The position numbers and the translations under genes are program-made. A stretch of 63,828 nucleotides of DNA, filler included, from Collodictyon triciliatum (Eukaryota), in the NCBI GenBank assembly GCA_043381765.1. It is 24 parts of 24 records of this genome, joined end to end, with 100 filler letters (N's around TTAATTAATTAA, not from the genome) between each part and the next. Parts side by side here need not be neighbours in the genome. Positions count along the whole stretch, not along the records: positions 1 to 2,569 come from JBHJMP010008653.1; positions 2,670 to 5,237 come from JBHJMP010008654.1; positions 5,338 to 7,905 come from JBHJMP010008655.1; positions 8,006 to 10,572 come from JBHJMP010008656.1; positions 10,673 to 13,239 come from JBHJMP010008657.1; 19 more parts are not named here. The stretch is one strand, 5' to 3'. Shown in pieces: positions 1 to 11,213 of this stretch; positions within the stretch are counted from its first letter, which is position 1; the number at the start of each line of letters is the position of its first letter. The notes under the pieces were generated by a model. It made no database searches. It was not told the origin of the DNA and was given only the letters and a program-made list of their open reading frames with translations.

Positions 1-384
1 TTTTTTGCTTTTCTTGGTTGTTGTGTAACTTGTGAGGCATGCGAGGCTGTGACTTGTGAGGTTTGCGTGTGGGGTGGACATCTTGATAATTCGATGCTTT
101 TTTTTTTGTTTCCTCAAATTTTTGCTGGTCTAATTGTTCCTAGTATGGCTTGGAGTCGCGGACATGTAATCATTGGTGCTTGAGGGTCTTGTGAGGCTTT
201 GTGGGACTTCAGAGTCTTGTCCGTGTTTCTGGGGGTTGTGAGTCTTTCGACACCTGTGGTGCCTGGGTTTCTCGTGGGAATTGTGCTATGTAGCGACCTC
301 GTGCTTCTATTTAGGTCGATTTTTTTTTTTTTTTTTTTTTTTTTTGCCTTTGAGGTCTTACGGGGTTGTTAGGAGGACTTCAAC

Positions 385-2370
385 GTATTCCAGCATAGTT
401 TGATGTCTTTCTGCGTTTTGTGTGTGAAGCACATTTCGCCACATTCCAGCATAGTGGAGTATTCTAGGTTCTCAGTGTGTGTGGACCAGACATCGCCGTA
501 TTCTGGCATAGCGTAGAGTATATTCAGTTCTTCGCGTGTGTGAACCGCTCCGTTGCTCGATAAACAGGGAATTGGGCTTCAAATGTCCCACACAACCGCA
601 CACAATTTGCTCTATTTTTGGCAGGAGAAATTCTATTATTTCCTTTATGGTAAAAATCCTTCCGTATAAATTAAAACCAAAACATCTGTTAAGTATGTGC
701 TTACACAAATCAAAGTGCTTGTTGCGAAGCTAAAAATAGCATTTTTGATTTCACAAGACTTACGGTTTTGGTATTCCGGCATAGTGGAGCCTTTGCGGGT
801 CTTGTGTGTAAAGCAGACTACGTCGACGTTCGGCATAGTGGAGAGACTTTGTGGTTCTTGTGTGTGAAGCAGACTTCGTCATATTCGGGGATAACGCAGA
901 GTTTGTGGTTCTTGTGTGTGAAGCAGACTTCGTTGCATTCTAGCATAGTGCAGAGCCTTCGCGGATTGTGTGTGAAGCAGTCTCCGTCGTTTGATAAACA
1001 GGGATTCGGGCCTCGAAAGTTCCCATAGCCGGACACAATTTGCACTATTTTCACAAGAGAAATTCAATTTTTCTCCTTTATGCATGTATAAAATTCTTCC
1101 GTATGAATTATAAAAAAAAATCTACTAAGCGTGTGCTAATACCAATTAAAGTACTCGAAACAAAGCGAAGCGAAAAATAAAATGTCTGGTTGCAGAAGAC
1201 TTACGGTTTTCGTATTCTGGCATAGTGCAGAGCCTTTGCTCGTCTTCGTGTGTGAAACGCTCCGTCGTATTCCGGCATAGCGCAGACTTTGTGGTTCTTG
1301 CGTGTGTGAAGCAGACTTCGTCACATTCCGGCATGGTGGAGAGCTTTTGCAGTCTTCGTGTGTGAGCAGACTCCGTCGTTCGATAATCAGGGAATAGGGC
1401 TTCGAATTGTTCCCATAGCCGGACACAGACTGCACTATTTTCACAAGAGAAATTCAATTTTTCTCCTTTATGGTAAAAATTCCTCCGTATGAATTATAAC
1501 AAAAACGTGGACTAAATGTATGAAGTACAAAACATAGTGCTCGAAGCGAGAGATGAATAAAATTTCTGGTTGCACAAGACTTACGATTTTCGTATTAAGC
1601 ATAGTAGAGCCTTTGCTTGTCTTTCCGTGTGTGAAGCAGACTTTGTCGTTCATTAAACAGGCAATTGGGCTTCGAATGTTCCACATAACCGCACACAGAC
1701 GGGACTATTTTCACAAGAGAAATTCAATTTTTATGCTCTTCGTACACACGAATAAACTACTACCATATGAATTATAATATAATTCATCGACTAAGTATGC
1801 AAGTACAAAACAAAACTCTTGAAGTGAGAGATGAAAAATATTTCTGGTTGCACGAGACTTACGGTTTTCCGGCATAGTGGAGAGCCTTTGCAATCTTTGC
1901 GTGTGTGGGCAGACTCCGTCGTTTGATAAACAGGGAATTGGGCTTCGAATGTTCCAGAGCCGGACGCAGACTGCTCTATTATTGGCAGTAGAAATTCAAT
2001 TTTTCTCCTTTATGAATGCATAAAATTCTTCCGTGTGAATAAGAACAAAAACGTGGACTAAGTGTATAAAGCACAAATCAAAGTGCTCGATGCGAAGAGT
2101 ATGATAGTATTTCTGGATGCACGAGACTTACGGTTTTCGTATTCCGGCATAGTGGAGAGCCTTCGAGGGTTGTGTGTGAGAAGCAGACTGCGTCGTATTC
2201 CGGCATAGCGGAGAGCCTTTGTGATTGTGTGTGAAGCAGACTGCGCCGTATTCCGACATAGTGGACTGCCTTCCAAAGCATGTGTGTGGAGCAGACTGCG
2301 TCGTATTCGGGCATAGTGGAGAGCCTTCGGGGGTTGTGCGTGTGTGAAGCAGATTTCGTTGTATCCCGGC
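385..2370. repeat. Higher-order tandem array: (A ~56 bp)n + B (~210 bp)
   Basis: A unit is approximately GTATTCCGGCATAGTGGAGAGCCTT-N7-13-GTGTGTGAAGCAGACTNCGTC, in runs of 3,4,3,1,1,4 copies. B unit starts GATAAACAGGG (559, 993, 1382, ~1651, 1925) and ends AGACTTACGGTTTT (~769, 1210, 1590, 1868, 2137). Confidence 0.95.
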
Positions 2371-2470
2371 TTTGTTGGGCTTGTTAAATTTTTCTTTATA
2401 TAGGGCCGATGAGTGATTTAGCCATCTTCGCACCCATATGATTTTTTTCTTTTTCTTCTTTTTTGCTTTT

Positions 2471-2569
<99 letters not shown>

Positions 2570-2669
2570 NNNNNNNNNNNNNNNNNNNNNNNNNNNNNNN
2601 NNNNNNNNNNNNNTTAATTAATTAANNNNNNNNNNNNNNNNNNNNNNNNNNNNNNNNNNNNNNNNNNNN
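2570..2669. other. Artificial contig linker (44 N + TTAATTAATTAA + 44 N); first of 23
   Basis: The same all-frame-stop spacer recurs about every 2.66 kb, and contig lengths fall from 2569 to 2557 bp. Confidence 0.99.
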
Positions 2670-2842
2670 AGAAGAAAAGAGAAGAGAAGAAAAGAAGAGA
2701 AGAGAAGAGAAGAGAAGGGAAGGGAAGAGAAGAGAAGAGAAGAGAAGAGAAGAGAAGAGAAGAGAAGAGAAGAGAAGAGAAGAGAAGAGAAGAGAAGAGA
2801 AGAGGAGAGGAGAGAAGAGATGGGTGTATGAAGGAGACGCAC

Positions 2843-3620
2843 TGTATTCGATTGCTGCGACAGCGTGAAGGAAGCAGGTGCGCGCGAGGGGAGCGGGGAG
2901 CGGGGTTTGGGAGACGGGCGTGTGGCCGGTGACTGCAGCTCCGTCTCCGTCGGCGTCGGCGTCTGCGGCTGCGGCTGCGGCAACGGGGGTTGAGAGGCGG
3001 AAGACGGGCCCGCGGGAGGCGTAGTCCATGAGGATGTAGAGGCGGTCTGCGGCGGGGTCGTCCAGGACGGCGACGAGGCGGACCACGTGGGGGTGGCGCA
3101 GGGCCTTCATGACCGCAACCTCGCGCGCGACGTCGGCCAGCGTCAGGCGGGCCCCCAGCCGCCTCCTGCGCAGCCCCGCCCGCTCGATGACCTTGACCGC
3201 GTACTCCGCCCCGTCCCGCTCGTCCCGCCACAGCTTGACCTTGCCGAACGCGCCCTGCCCGAGCTTGCCCGCCACCACGAACCCGCCGATCCGCTTCGCC
3301 CCGTCCGCCCCGCGCTCCGCCCCGCCCACCACGCCCTCCGCCACGCGCCCTGCCCCGTCTGCCGCCCCGGGCAGCTCCGCCAGCCGCGCCCTCAGCCACG
3401 CGTCCACGTCCGTCCGCCCCTCGTAGTCCGGCGGGCCCCTCTCGCTCTCTTTGTTGGCCTCTCTGCTGCTCTCTTTGTTGGCCTCTCTGCTGCTCTCTTT
3501 GTTGGCCTCTCTGCTGCTCTCTTTGTTGGCCTCTCTGCTGCTCTCCTTGTTCGTCGGTGCTGCGCCGGGTGCGGATGCCGGTGCTGGCCCGACACGCCGG
3601 CGCGACGCGTTGCAACCAAT
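2843..3620 (-). CDS. CaMKK/SAK1-family Ser/Thr kinase, N-terminal exon (partial)
   Basis: Motifs LGQGAFGKVKL, YAVKVI, REVAVMKALRHPHVVRLVAVLDDP, LYILMDY. The exon ends AIEY-A|GTGCGT (donor 2842). The frame stays open upstream through (ANKESSRE)x4 to ATT-GGT-TGC at 3620; the true start is uncertain. Confidence 0.85.
3445..3552 (-). repeat. Coding 24-bp minisatellite (ANKESSRE repeats)
   Basis: CTCTCTTTGTTGGCCTCTCTGCTG repeated 4 times plus a partial copy, in frame with the kinase. Confidence 0.9.
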
Positions 3621-4043
3621 GGCGCTTGCTCGGTGGACGGGTTTGGCCTTTGCCTGAAGGTGAAGTTTGTCTTTTTCTTTTTGTTTTTTTTGTTTTCTGT
3701 TTTTCTGTTTTCTGTTGTTCTGTTTTTCGCGTTGAGGTGGACAAACAGCCTCCCAAACAGGACATTCCGTTGGGCGCCCGCATCCGGACAGCCACGGGTA
3801 TATGCTAATCGGACGAGAGTCTCCCTTTATGCTGGTTGAGGGTAATCAATGATATCAAGGACAGCGGATGCAGGATGGAGGGCGGCGACAGGCGTGATGG
3901 TCTGGCATTAAAGCGGTTGGCTTAGAGCCGTCCAAACAGGTGACGCTATTTCGCGTGCGATGATATACGGAGGCTTCTCGCTGAGCTCCCTGGTCTTCTC
4001 AGTCGTTTGCATTTTTGCCATTTCGTCTGCGAGTGCCGCTCTT

Positions 4044-5237
4044 TCATGCGATGGCTGGGATGTCAACGATAAAACGTACCCATTTTACTTTTGTTTCCTT
4101 TTCTAATGTTTCTATTCTTTTAATTATTATTTTTTTTGTCATTTGTCTTCTTTTGTTTTCTTTTGTTTTGTTTACATAAGGATTAGAAAGAATTGTAGAG
4201 ATGAAAAGGCTATGGATCAAAAAAAAAATATATGTGGGCGGCATCCTTACCAGCCCATCTGACTTCACTTCTCTTAATACCCCAGCAACGTCAAACGAAT
4301 CCTCGTCGATAGATTGATGTGGAATGGCATACCTTTCAAACGCAACAAAAACTATAGAATTTATTGTCGCCATCCCCCAAAGAAACCACCTGGTAGTGGT
4401 ACATTTTATTTTATTTTGGTAAAATTCACAATGGAGATGTATTACGAGCAAAATGAAAAGAAATAAGAGTAATCACCTCGTAGTATTCTTCAAGCTTACC
4501 AAGTCGAATAAGTCCTTAATTTTCTCCGTTTGGCTGAAATAAAACAACAATTAGTTTGTTTATTAATTTACTTGGCATTGAATAAAAGGGAATGCAATAA
4601 CTAAATTCTGTCAAATAAATGAAAAACATTCATCGTGTTTTGTCAAGGGAGCCATCTTGGGTAAAACATTCAATGTGAAGGAAGAAATTAATGGCTGTAA
4701 AAGTCCTTACACAACACATAAAAGTGTATTCAGTACGTATTGGAGGATAAAGACTGCCATCAAAACCCTATTATTGTGCAAAGACTGCCGAAAAACACCA
4801 AAGCTTTGGCTAAAAGTGACACATATGCCCCATGTCTGAATATTGGTATACAGGAAGCTCTCTGTTGTGTCTGCATTTTTGTATTCATCAGTTATCTCCC
4901 GGGGGTCTTGATACCTACCTGTGAAAAAAACATGAATACAGTTTACATCAAGGCTTGGATATCCTACCATAGAGTGTTTCTGCTAAGGATATAAATCAGT
5001 TTAAAAAAAATCGCTGCTCACTTGTAGAGTGCAAATACTCGTTTGCCCCTATCTGAAAAGAAATGATGATGATGAAAGCCCCCATGACAGATCGAAGCAT
5101 GAAAGGTGATACAAGATTTGGTTCAGGACGACCGCGAGTCAGCGAGTCTCTTGCAGCAATTATAGGCATCAAAAGACCGATAGGCAGGAATATGACTAAA
5201 TTTTCCATAGTCATATAGTTAATAGTTGCGGTCATTT
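4044..5237 (-). CDS. P5-type (ATP13A-like) P-type ATPase, C-terminal membrane exons (partial, spliced)
   Basis: LTRGRPEPNLVSPFMLRSVMG and TTESFLYTNIQ...FSQSFGVFRQSLHNN match the P5 C-terminal TM pattern. Several GT-AG introns; 3' end approximate. Confidence 0.7.
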
Positions 5238-5337
5238 NNNNNNNNNNNNNNNNNNNNNNNNNNNNNNNNNNNNNNNNNNNNTTAATTAATTAANNNNNNN
5301 NNNNNNNNNNNNNNNNNNNNNNNNNNNNNNNNNNNNN

Positions 5338-6645
5338 AGCCCAGTTGAATCATCTTTCTTGTATGTCAGAATGTGACCTCCATCACATATTTGAGGAGTT
5401 GATGGCGTCTTACAGAATGGAACAGAAACCACGGCAATACCATCTTGGACTTCTACTTTGAATCCAAATTTTTCTGATTTTTTTTGGTCGTACCAATCTA
5501 GCTCAACTATATCAAGAGAGACTGATTGTAAAAAATCCCAAATCTTGATAGTTTGATCAAGACTTCCCGACACAATTTTTGAACCATCAGGGGAAACTGC
5601 CACACTGTTGATATAGTCGCTATGTCCATTCAGTGTACGAATTAATAAACCATTCGAAACATTCCATAATTTCAACGAGTTCCCGTTATTCCCAGACATT
5701 AAAATAGAACTATCAGGAGTCACGGCGATGGTAACCGCCTGTACGTCATGGCCACTGATAGTTGTTATCAAAGAACCATCTAAAAAGTCCCATATCCTCA
5801 CACTCTTATCTAAGGCACCAGAAATAATTTTTGAGCCATCAGGAGTAAGGGCGAGGCCCCAAATATCACCAGTGTGACCAGTCAGTGTGCGAATCAAACT
5901 TCCATCGGAGAGACTCCAAATTTTTATTGTATCATCCTGACTCGCAGAAACTATGGTGAAGTCATCCAGAACAGCTAGTGTAGTCACACCTTCAGTATGC
6001 CCAAATATGGTACCAAGCTCACTTCCATCAGAAAGGTCCCAAACTTTGATCATACTATCGAGGCCTCCAGTAATAACTTTAGATCCATCTGGAGTGGCTG
6101 CAACATACGATACTGTGGCCAAATGTCCAGTAAGCGTATGCAATTCAGTTCCTTCCAATGAATCCCAAATCTTTGCTGTATGATCACAGCTTCCAGAGAT
6201 GACCCTAGACCCATCAGAAGAAAATGTCACGGTTGGGATTATATGAGAATGACCAGTTAGCGAGTGAATCACAGTTCCGTCATTAATATTCCAAATCTTA
6301 ACAGTGTTATCCTGGCTTCCAGAAACAATCATCGAACCATCAGGGGAAACAGCTACGGCATAGACCAAATCCGAATGCCCAATTAAAGTTCGAATCAAGT
6401 AATCCTGTCCGGTTGCGTGATAACACCGGCTAGATAAAAGCAGTGCTACAAGATTACGTAAGAATATATTAGCTTGGAGAAAGGAAGATTTTATTTATTT
6501 ATTTATTAACCAAATGTGTTGATTTTAAAAACAAAATGAGAAACTGCGAAGTGAAATTTTTCAACATTTCATCAAATTTCAGAGTGGAAGCAAATCCACC
6601 TGTGAGGAAAATCGCAGCCATGGTAGATTTGGAGGAAAGCTTCAT
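5338..6645 (-). CDS. WD40-repeat protein (7 repeats) with hydrophobic N-terminus and following FG-GAP-like segment (3' truncated)
   Basis: Seven GH...SGSxDxTxKIW repeats at 5530-6398. A phase-1 intron at 6473-6599 joins ATG 6645 in frame, giving MKLSSKSTMAAIFLTANIFLRNLVALLLSSRCYHATGQDYLIRT. The exon-1 model is tentative. Confidence 0.85.
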
Positions 6646-9600
6646 TCTAAAAATGTACGTTGATTCAGATTGGTCTTACTATTATTGTACACTAAAGAAG
6701 TATATATAAATCGGGCGGACAAGGTTCAAATATGAGAACACTATAGTGTAATTTCAAAGTAAACACCACTCGAAATGTAACCCGTAAGTCATATATTTAG
6801 AAAATGCAGTACTTGATAAGTTTCATTTTATCTGTATATGTCAAAAATCAAGAAACGAAAGGTTTGATGTAAATAACCCCCCACCAAGGACGAATTAAAT
6901 CAAAAAGTAAATAAATAAATGAAATATGTATTCAGATGCCAAGCAGACGATGCGCCTCATTCATAAATATCAAAAAATCTAAGGATATTTATAAAAAGTA
7001 AAAATGAAATATGTGTGCCCATCTTGGGATATTCGATACTGATCTAAAGAGAGGAAGAGATGTATTGGCCTGGATGAAAAAGTCACATTATTCCGCCCTC
7101 AATACGGTTATTGCCATCATTTATCATTATTATTTTAGAAAATAATCACTTTTGTGGACACATAACATTATTCAAGTTCATACTTTGCGAATAAATTACT
7201 GCAAGGTATGTGACTTTAAACGAAACTGAAATTAAAGCTATGACAAAATTTTATCAGGTCGAAATTATATTTACTGACTCTGCATTATGACCACCCTAAC
7301 TTACTGAAAGCTGGCAGACAATGCTATGGATATACAATATTGAAATTTAAGTGAATACATGCAGTTTGGTAATGCTCTCATATCGCATGCATCTTGTCGA
7401 ACCTGTGAAAAGGGAGAAATAAATTATGTACAGGCACAAATACCCGGAAGAAAACTTGGGAAATGTTTCGATAAACAAATTGGGAAAGCCGAGGAATTGC
7501 TCATGTTAAATACGGATAGCATTTTTTTTTTTTGAAGTTCTACAGTTAGGTCACCATGTTCTTGTCGGCGCGGCAGCGTGGTAGCAAACAATCCAACTAT
7601 CGTACTATCAAAACAGCCCTTTATGACGTGAACAATTCAAATTTCGGCCGGTGGGAGGATGGAATTCCCTCGCAAGTGATAAGTCACACATTGACGAATG
7701 ATATTTTTTTTTCTGACAAAGATGGTTGGCGATGTTTAAGCAGGGCGATTGATACATGAAATTACATACCGATGTCGTTGCAAGCAAAGCAGGGCTGCAT
7801 GACAGCAGGGAAAAAAAAAGAAAAAGAAAAAGAAAAAGAAAAAGAAAAAGAAAAAGAAAAAGAAAAAGAAAAAGAAAAAGAAAAAGAAAAAAGAAAAAAG
7901 AAAAANNNNNNNNNNNNNNNNNNNNNNNNNNNNNNNNNNNNNNNNNNNNTTAATTAATTAANNNNNNNNNNNNNNNNNNNNNNNNNNNNNNNNNNNNNNN
8001 NNNNNTTTATTATTTTATTATTTTATTATTTTATTATTTTATTATTTTATTATTTTATTATTTTATTATTTTATTATTTTATTATTTTATTATTTTATTA
8101 TTTTATCCTTTTATTCTTTTATCCTTTTATTCTTTTATCCTTTTATTCTTTTATCCTTTTATTCTTTTATCCTTTTATTCTTTTATCCTAATATCCTTTT
8201 ATCCTTTTATCCTTTTATCTTTTTATCTTTTTATCTTTTTATCTTTTTATCTTTTTATCTTTTTATCTTTTTATCTTTTTATCTTTTTATCTTTTTATCT
8301 TTTTATCCTTTTATCTTTTTATCCTTCTATCCTTCTATTCTCTAGCCTTTGCTTTTCTGCTTTTCTGCTTTTCTGCTTTTCTGCCTTTTTTTATATATAT
8401 TTTTGCTTTTTGTTGTTGTTTTGCTATTTTTGCATTTTTTGCTTTTCGCGATTTGCTTTGTTTTCACAAGACAGATGGCTTATCTGCAGAAACCGCCTTT
8501 TCTCGGGCACTGATGAAACGTACTCAACAACACTTTGTAGCTGCCAAGTGATGCGCAACAGATTGTCAAGCTTTTGGAGGCACTTTGCACAAAGATAATC
8601 GAGGAGTGGAAGAATCCGTCCGATTTCTCGTCTGGTCGCCAAGGACGCTCGATTTCAGTATTCAGTGCTTTGCGGGGTAATTCCCCCTTTTCTTTTCCTT
8701 ACCACGCAACTACGAACAGCACTCCCCAGAGCAGCTCGGCAGTTCCTGGGAGTCAGAAACCAGCGTTGGATTAAGCCTCGGGGATACAAGTTCGCCTCTT
8801 TTTCTTTTCTTTTCTTTTCTTCGCCTGCTGGCAGACAAGTCGAAGGGACGGGCTGGGTTTGATCCTTTGCTCTGAGAAAAGATTAAAACGAATCTTACCC
8901 GAAGGGTTTTTTTTCAATCTTCTATATTTTCCTTCTTTTTTTTTCCTTTTTTTTATAGTCAAAAGGTGATTATTATTTTTTTTTTTTTGTTACCTAGGTT
9001 AAAGTAATATCGATGGACATCTTTTTTTTATGAAGATTTACATGGTCTTTTCGTGCACTTCCTATCAGCACTTTATGATGTTTTTAATTCATTTTTATTT
9101 CTTTTACATATTCTCCACTATTGCTAGCTATCAACAAACACCAATAGAACTGCAAGGTGATACATTCATCCGCTCTTCTTTTTAGAACTAGAAAAATCTC
9201 TCCTATCATGATTTTGTTGCCATCCTTTGGCGTGAGAGCTTTGCGTCGTTTGGCTCAGGCAAGAAAGGCATTTGTCTGATATGATGCGACGAATTAGCAA
9301 TTAGGCGGATTTTGCATGAAGTACTGATGCCCGGTTCTCGAGACATAATCATTATTTTCTTTTTCTCGTTCTTTTTCTCTGTGGTAGAATTGGGCGGCTT
9401 TCAACCCGGCCCAACGAGAGAGGGAGAGAGAAGGAATAGAATTTTTTTTTCGGGTTTTATTTATTCATCTCTGACGATGCGGAGACAAACTGCCGAGTTG
9501 GTGTGAAATTATGTCAACGATTATCTCTATTGGCCACACGCAAGAAAAATCGGGGAGGGTTTATTCCTTTACAAAGGAATGTCAATCAGTGGGGTGATGG

Positions 9601-11213
9601 CCTCCTCTGGTGCGAATAGCGCAGAAGCCGTCCAAAGGAGGGCATAGGGGCTGCATGTAATATGCGCATTAATTACGGTAATAAAGAGCATAGCGCGCCA
9701 TTTTATTTTATTTTATTCCCTCGCAATCATGCATATGTATTCTTGATATATTCGCGGCTAGGAATCATGAATCAGTATGTGTTCATGTACCTCCATTTGA
9801 AGTAGGCTATTCCCTTACAAGCATCGACAAAACTTAAGAGAGACTGAATTTAAAAGAATTATAATCAGTCAAGCAATTCGCCATATTTAAGTGCGTAGAA
9901 ATGCTTGCAAATAATAATAATAATAACAAGAGTATAGCACTCCCTTATAAAACAAAAGGGACATGTTAATTCAATACATGCTCAATAGCCTTGTGAAATA
10001 AAAGAATGAGAATAAGATACACGAGCTACCCTATTCAAGGTTTCAGAAAAAAATAAAAAAAAACCTGCACTTGGGGACTCAAAAGGAAATCTATGTGGAC
10101 CATAAAGTGGCCAGAGAATACAAGCGCCTCATCAAAGTCCTGGTGATAGATAAATCAACAAAAGAATAAAAATAGATAGAAAATATGAATTCATATTCTC
10201 CTCGACTAAGTTATCTTCGATTACGAATTGAATCAGTAGTCCTGACAGAACATTAGGAATTCTTGTAAAGGACGAAAATATACAAATGATTCGGTAAAGT
10301 TTCCTCTCGTAATGAATGTGGGTTCAATCTGGTTCCAGGTACAAAATCGTGATACCTTGACAAAAAAAAAAATAATTAGAGTTCGAAATATCCGAAGTAA
10401 AACTGGAATAAATAGTTGGTACAAAATAAAAATTGCCAGTCTTCAAAGTTATTTTCATGACTTTTTCGTTTCTTTTGGTTTTTTGGTTTTTTGGTTTTTT
10501 GGTTTTTTGGTTTTTTGGTTTTTTGGTTTTTTGGTTTTTTGGTTTTTTGGTTTTTTGGTTTTTTGGTTTTTTNNNNNNNNNNNNNNNNNNNNNNNNNNNN
10601 NNNNNNNNNNNNNNNNTTAATTAATTAANNNNNNNNNNNNNNNNNNNNNNNNNNNNNNNNNNNNNNNNNNNNTTATATTTCTGTATTATATTTCTGTATT
10701 ATATTTCTGTATTATATTTCTGTATTATATTTCTGTATTATATTTCTGTATTATATTTCTGTATTATATTTCTGTATTATATTTCTTTATTTTATTTCTT
10801 TATTTTATTTCTTTATTTTATTTCTTTATTTTATTTCTTTATTTTATTTCTTTATTTTATTTCTTTATTTTATTTCTTTATTTTATTTCTTTGTTTTATT
10901 TCTTTATTTCATTTCTTTATTTCATTTCTTTATTTCATTTCTTTATTTTATTTCTTTATATTATTTCTTTATATTATTTCTTTATATTATTTCTTTATAT
11001 TATTTCTTTATATTATTTCTTTATATTATTTCTTTATTTTATTTCTTTATTTTGTTTCTTTATTTTGTTTCTTTATTTTGTTTCTTTATTTTGTTTCTTT
11101 ATTTTGTTTCTTTATTTTTTTTTCGTCTTATATGTTTTGTTTCATATCTATTTTCTATTTTTTTTCAATAACTCACAACTCCTAATTAAAATCATGGTAT
11201 TATCTCCTTACAG

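Noticed and set aside
385-2370. CRISPR- or TIGR-like array
   Set aside because: The variable cores are short and mostly homologous to each other, the repeats are degenerate, and no associated effector gene is on the contig.
2614-3839. 393-aa, 250-aa and other overlapping ORFs
   Set aside because: They are shadow frames of the GC-rich kinase exon, some running into microsatellite and linker.
7556-7759. NYRTIKTAL resembling a Fanzor N-terminus
   Set aside because: The following residues do not continue the pattern in any frame I could read.
8541-8774. LPSDAQQIVKLLEAL, Sec7-like motif
   Set aside because: It is a single short motif, lacks the catalytic Glu, and I could not build a consistent exon chain.
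10477-10572. (TTTTTTGG)n as a telomere (also 50638-50730)
   Set aside because: It is one of many different simple repeats at contig ends, and the G-rich strand points outward in one contig and inward in the other.
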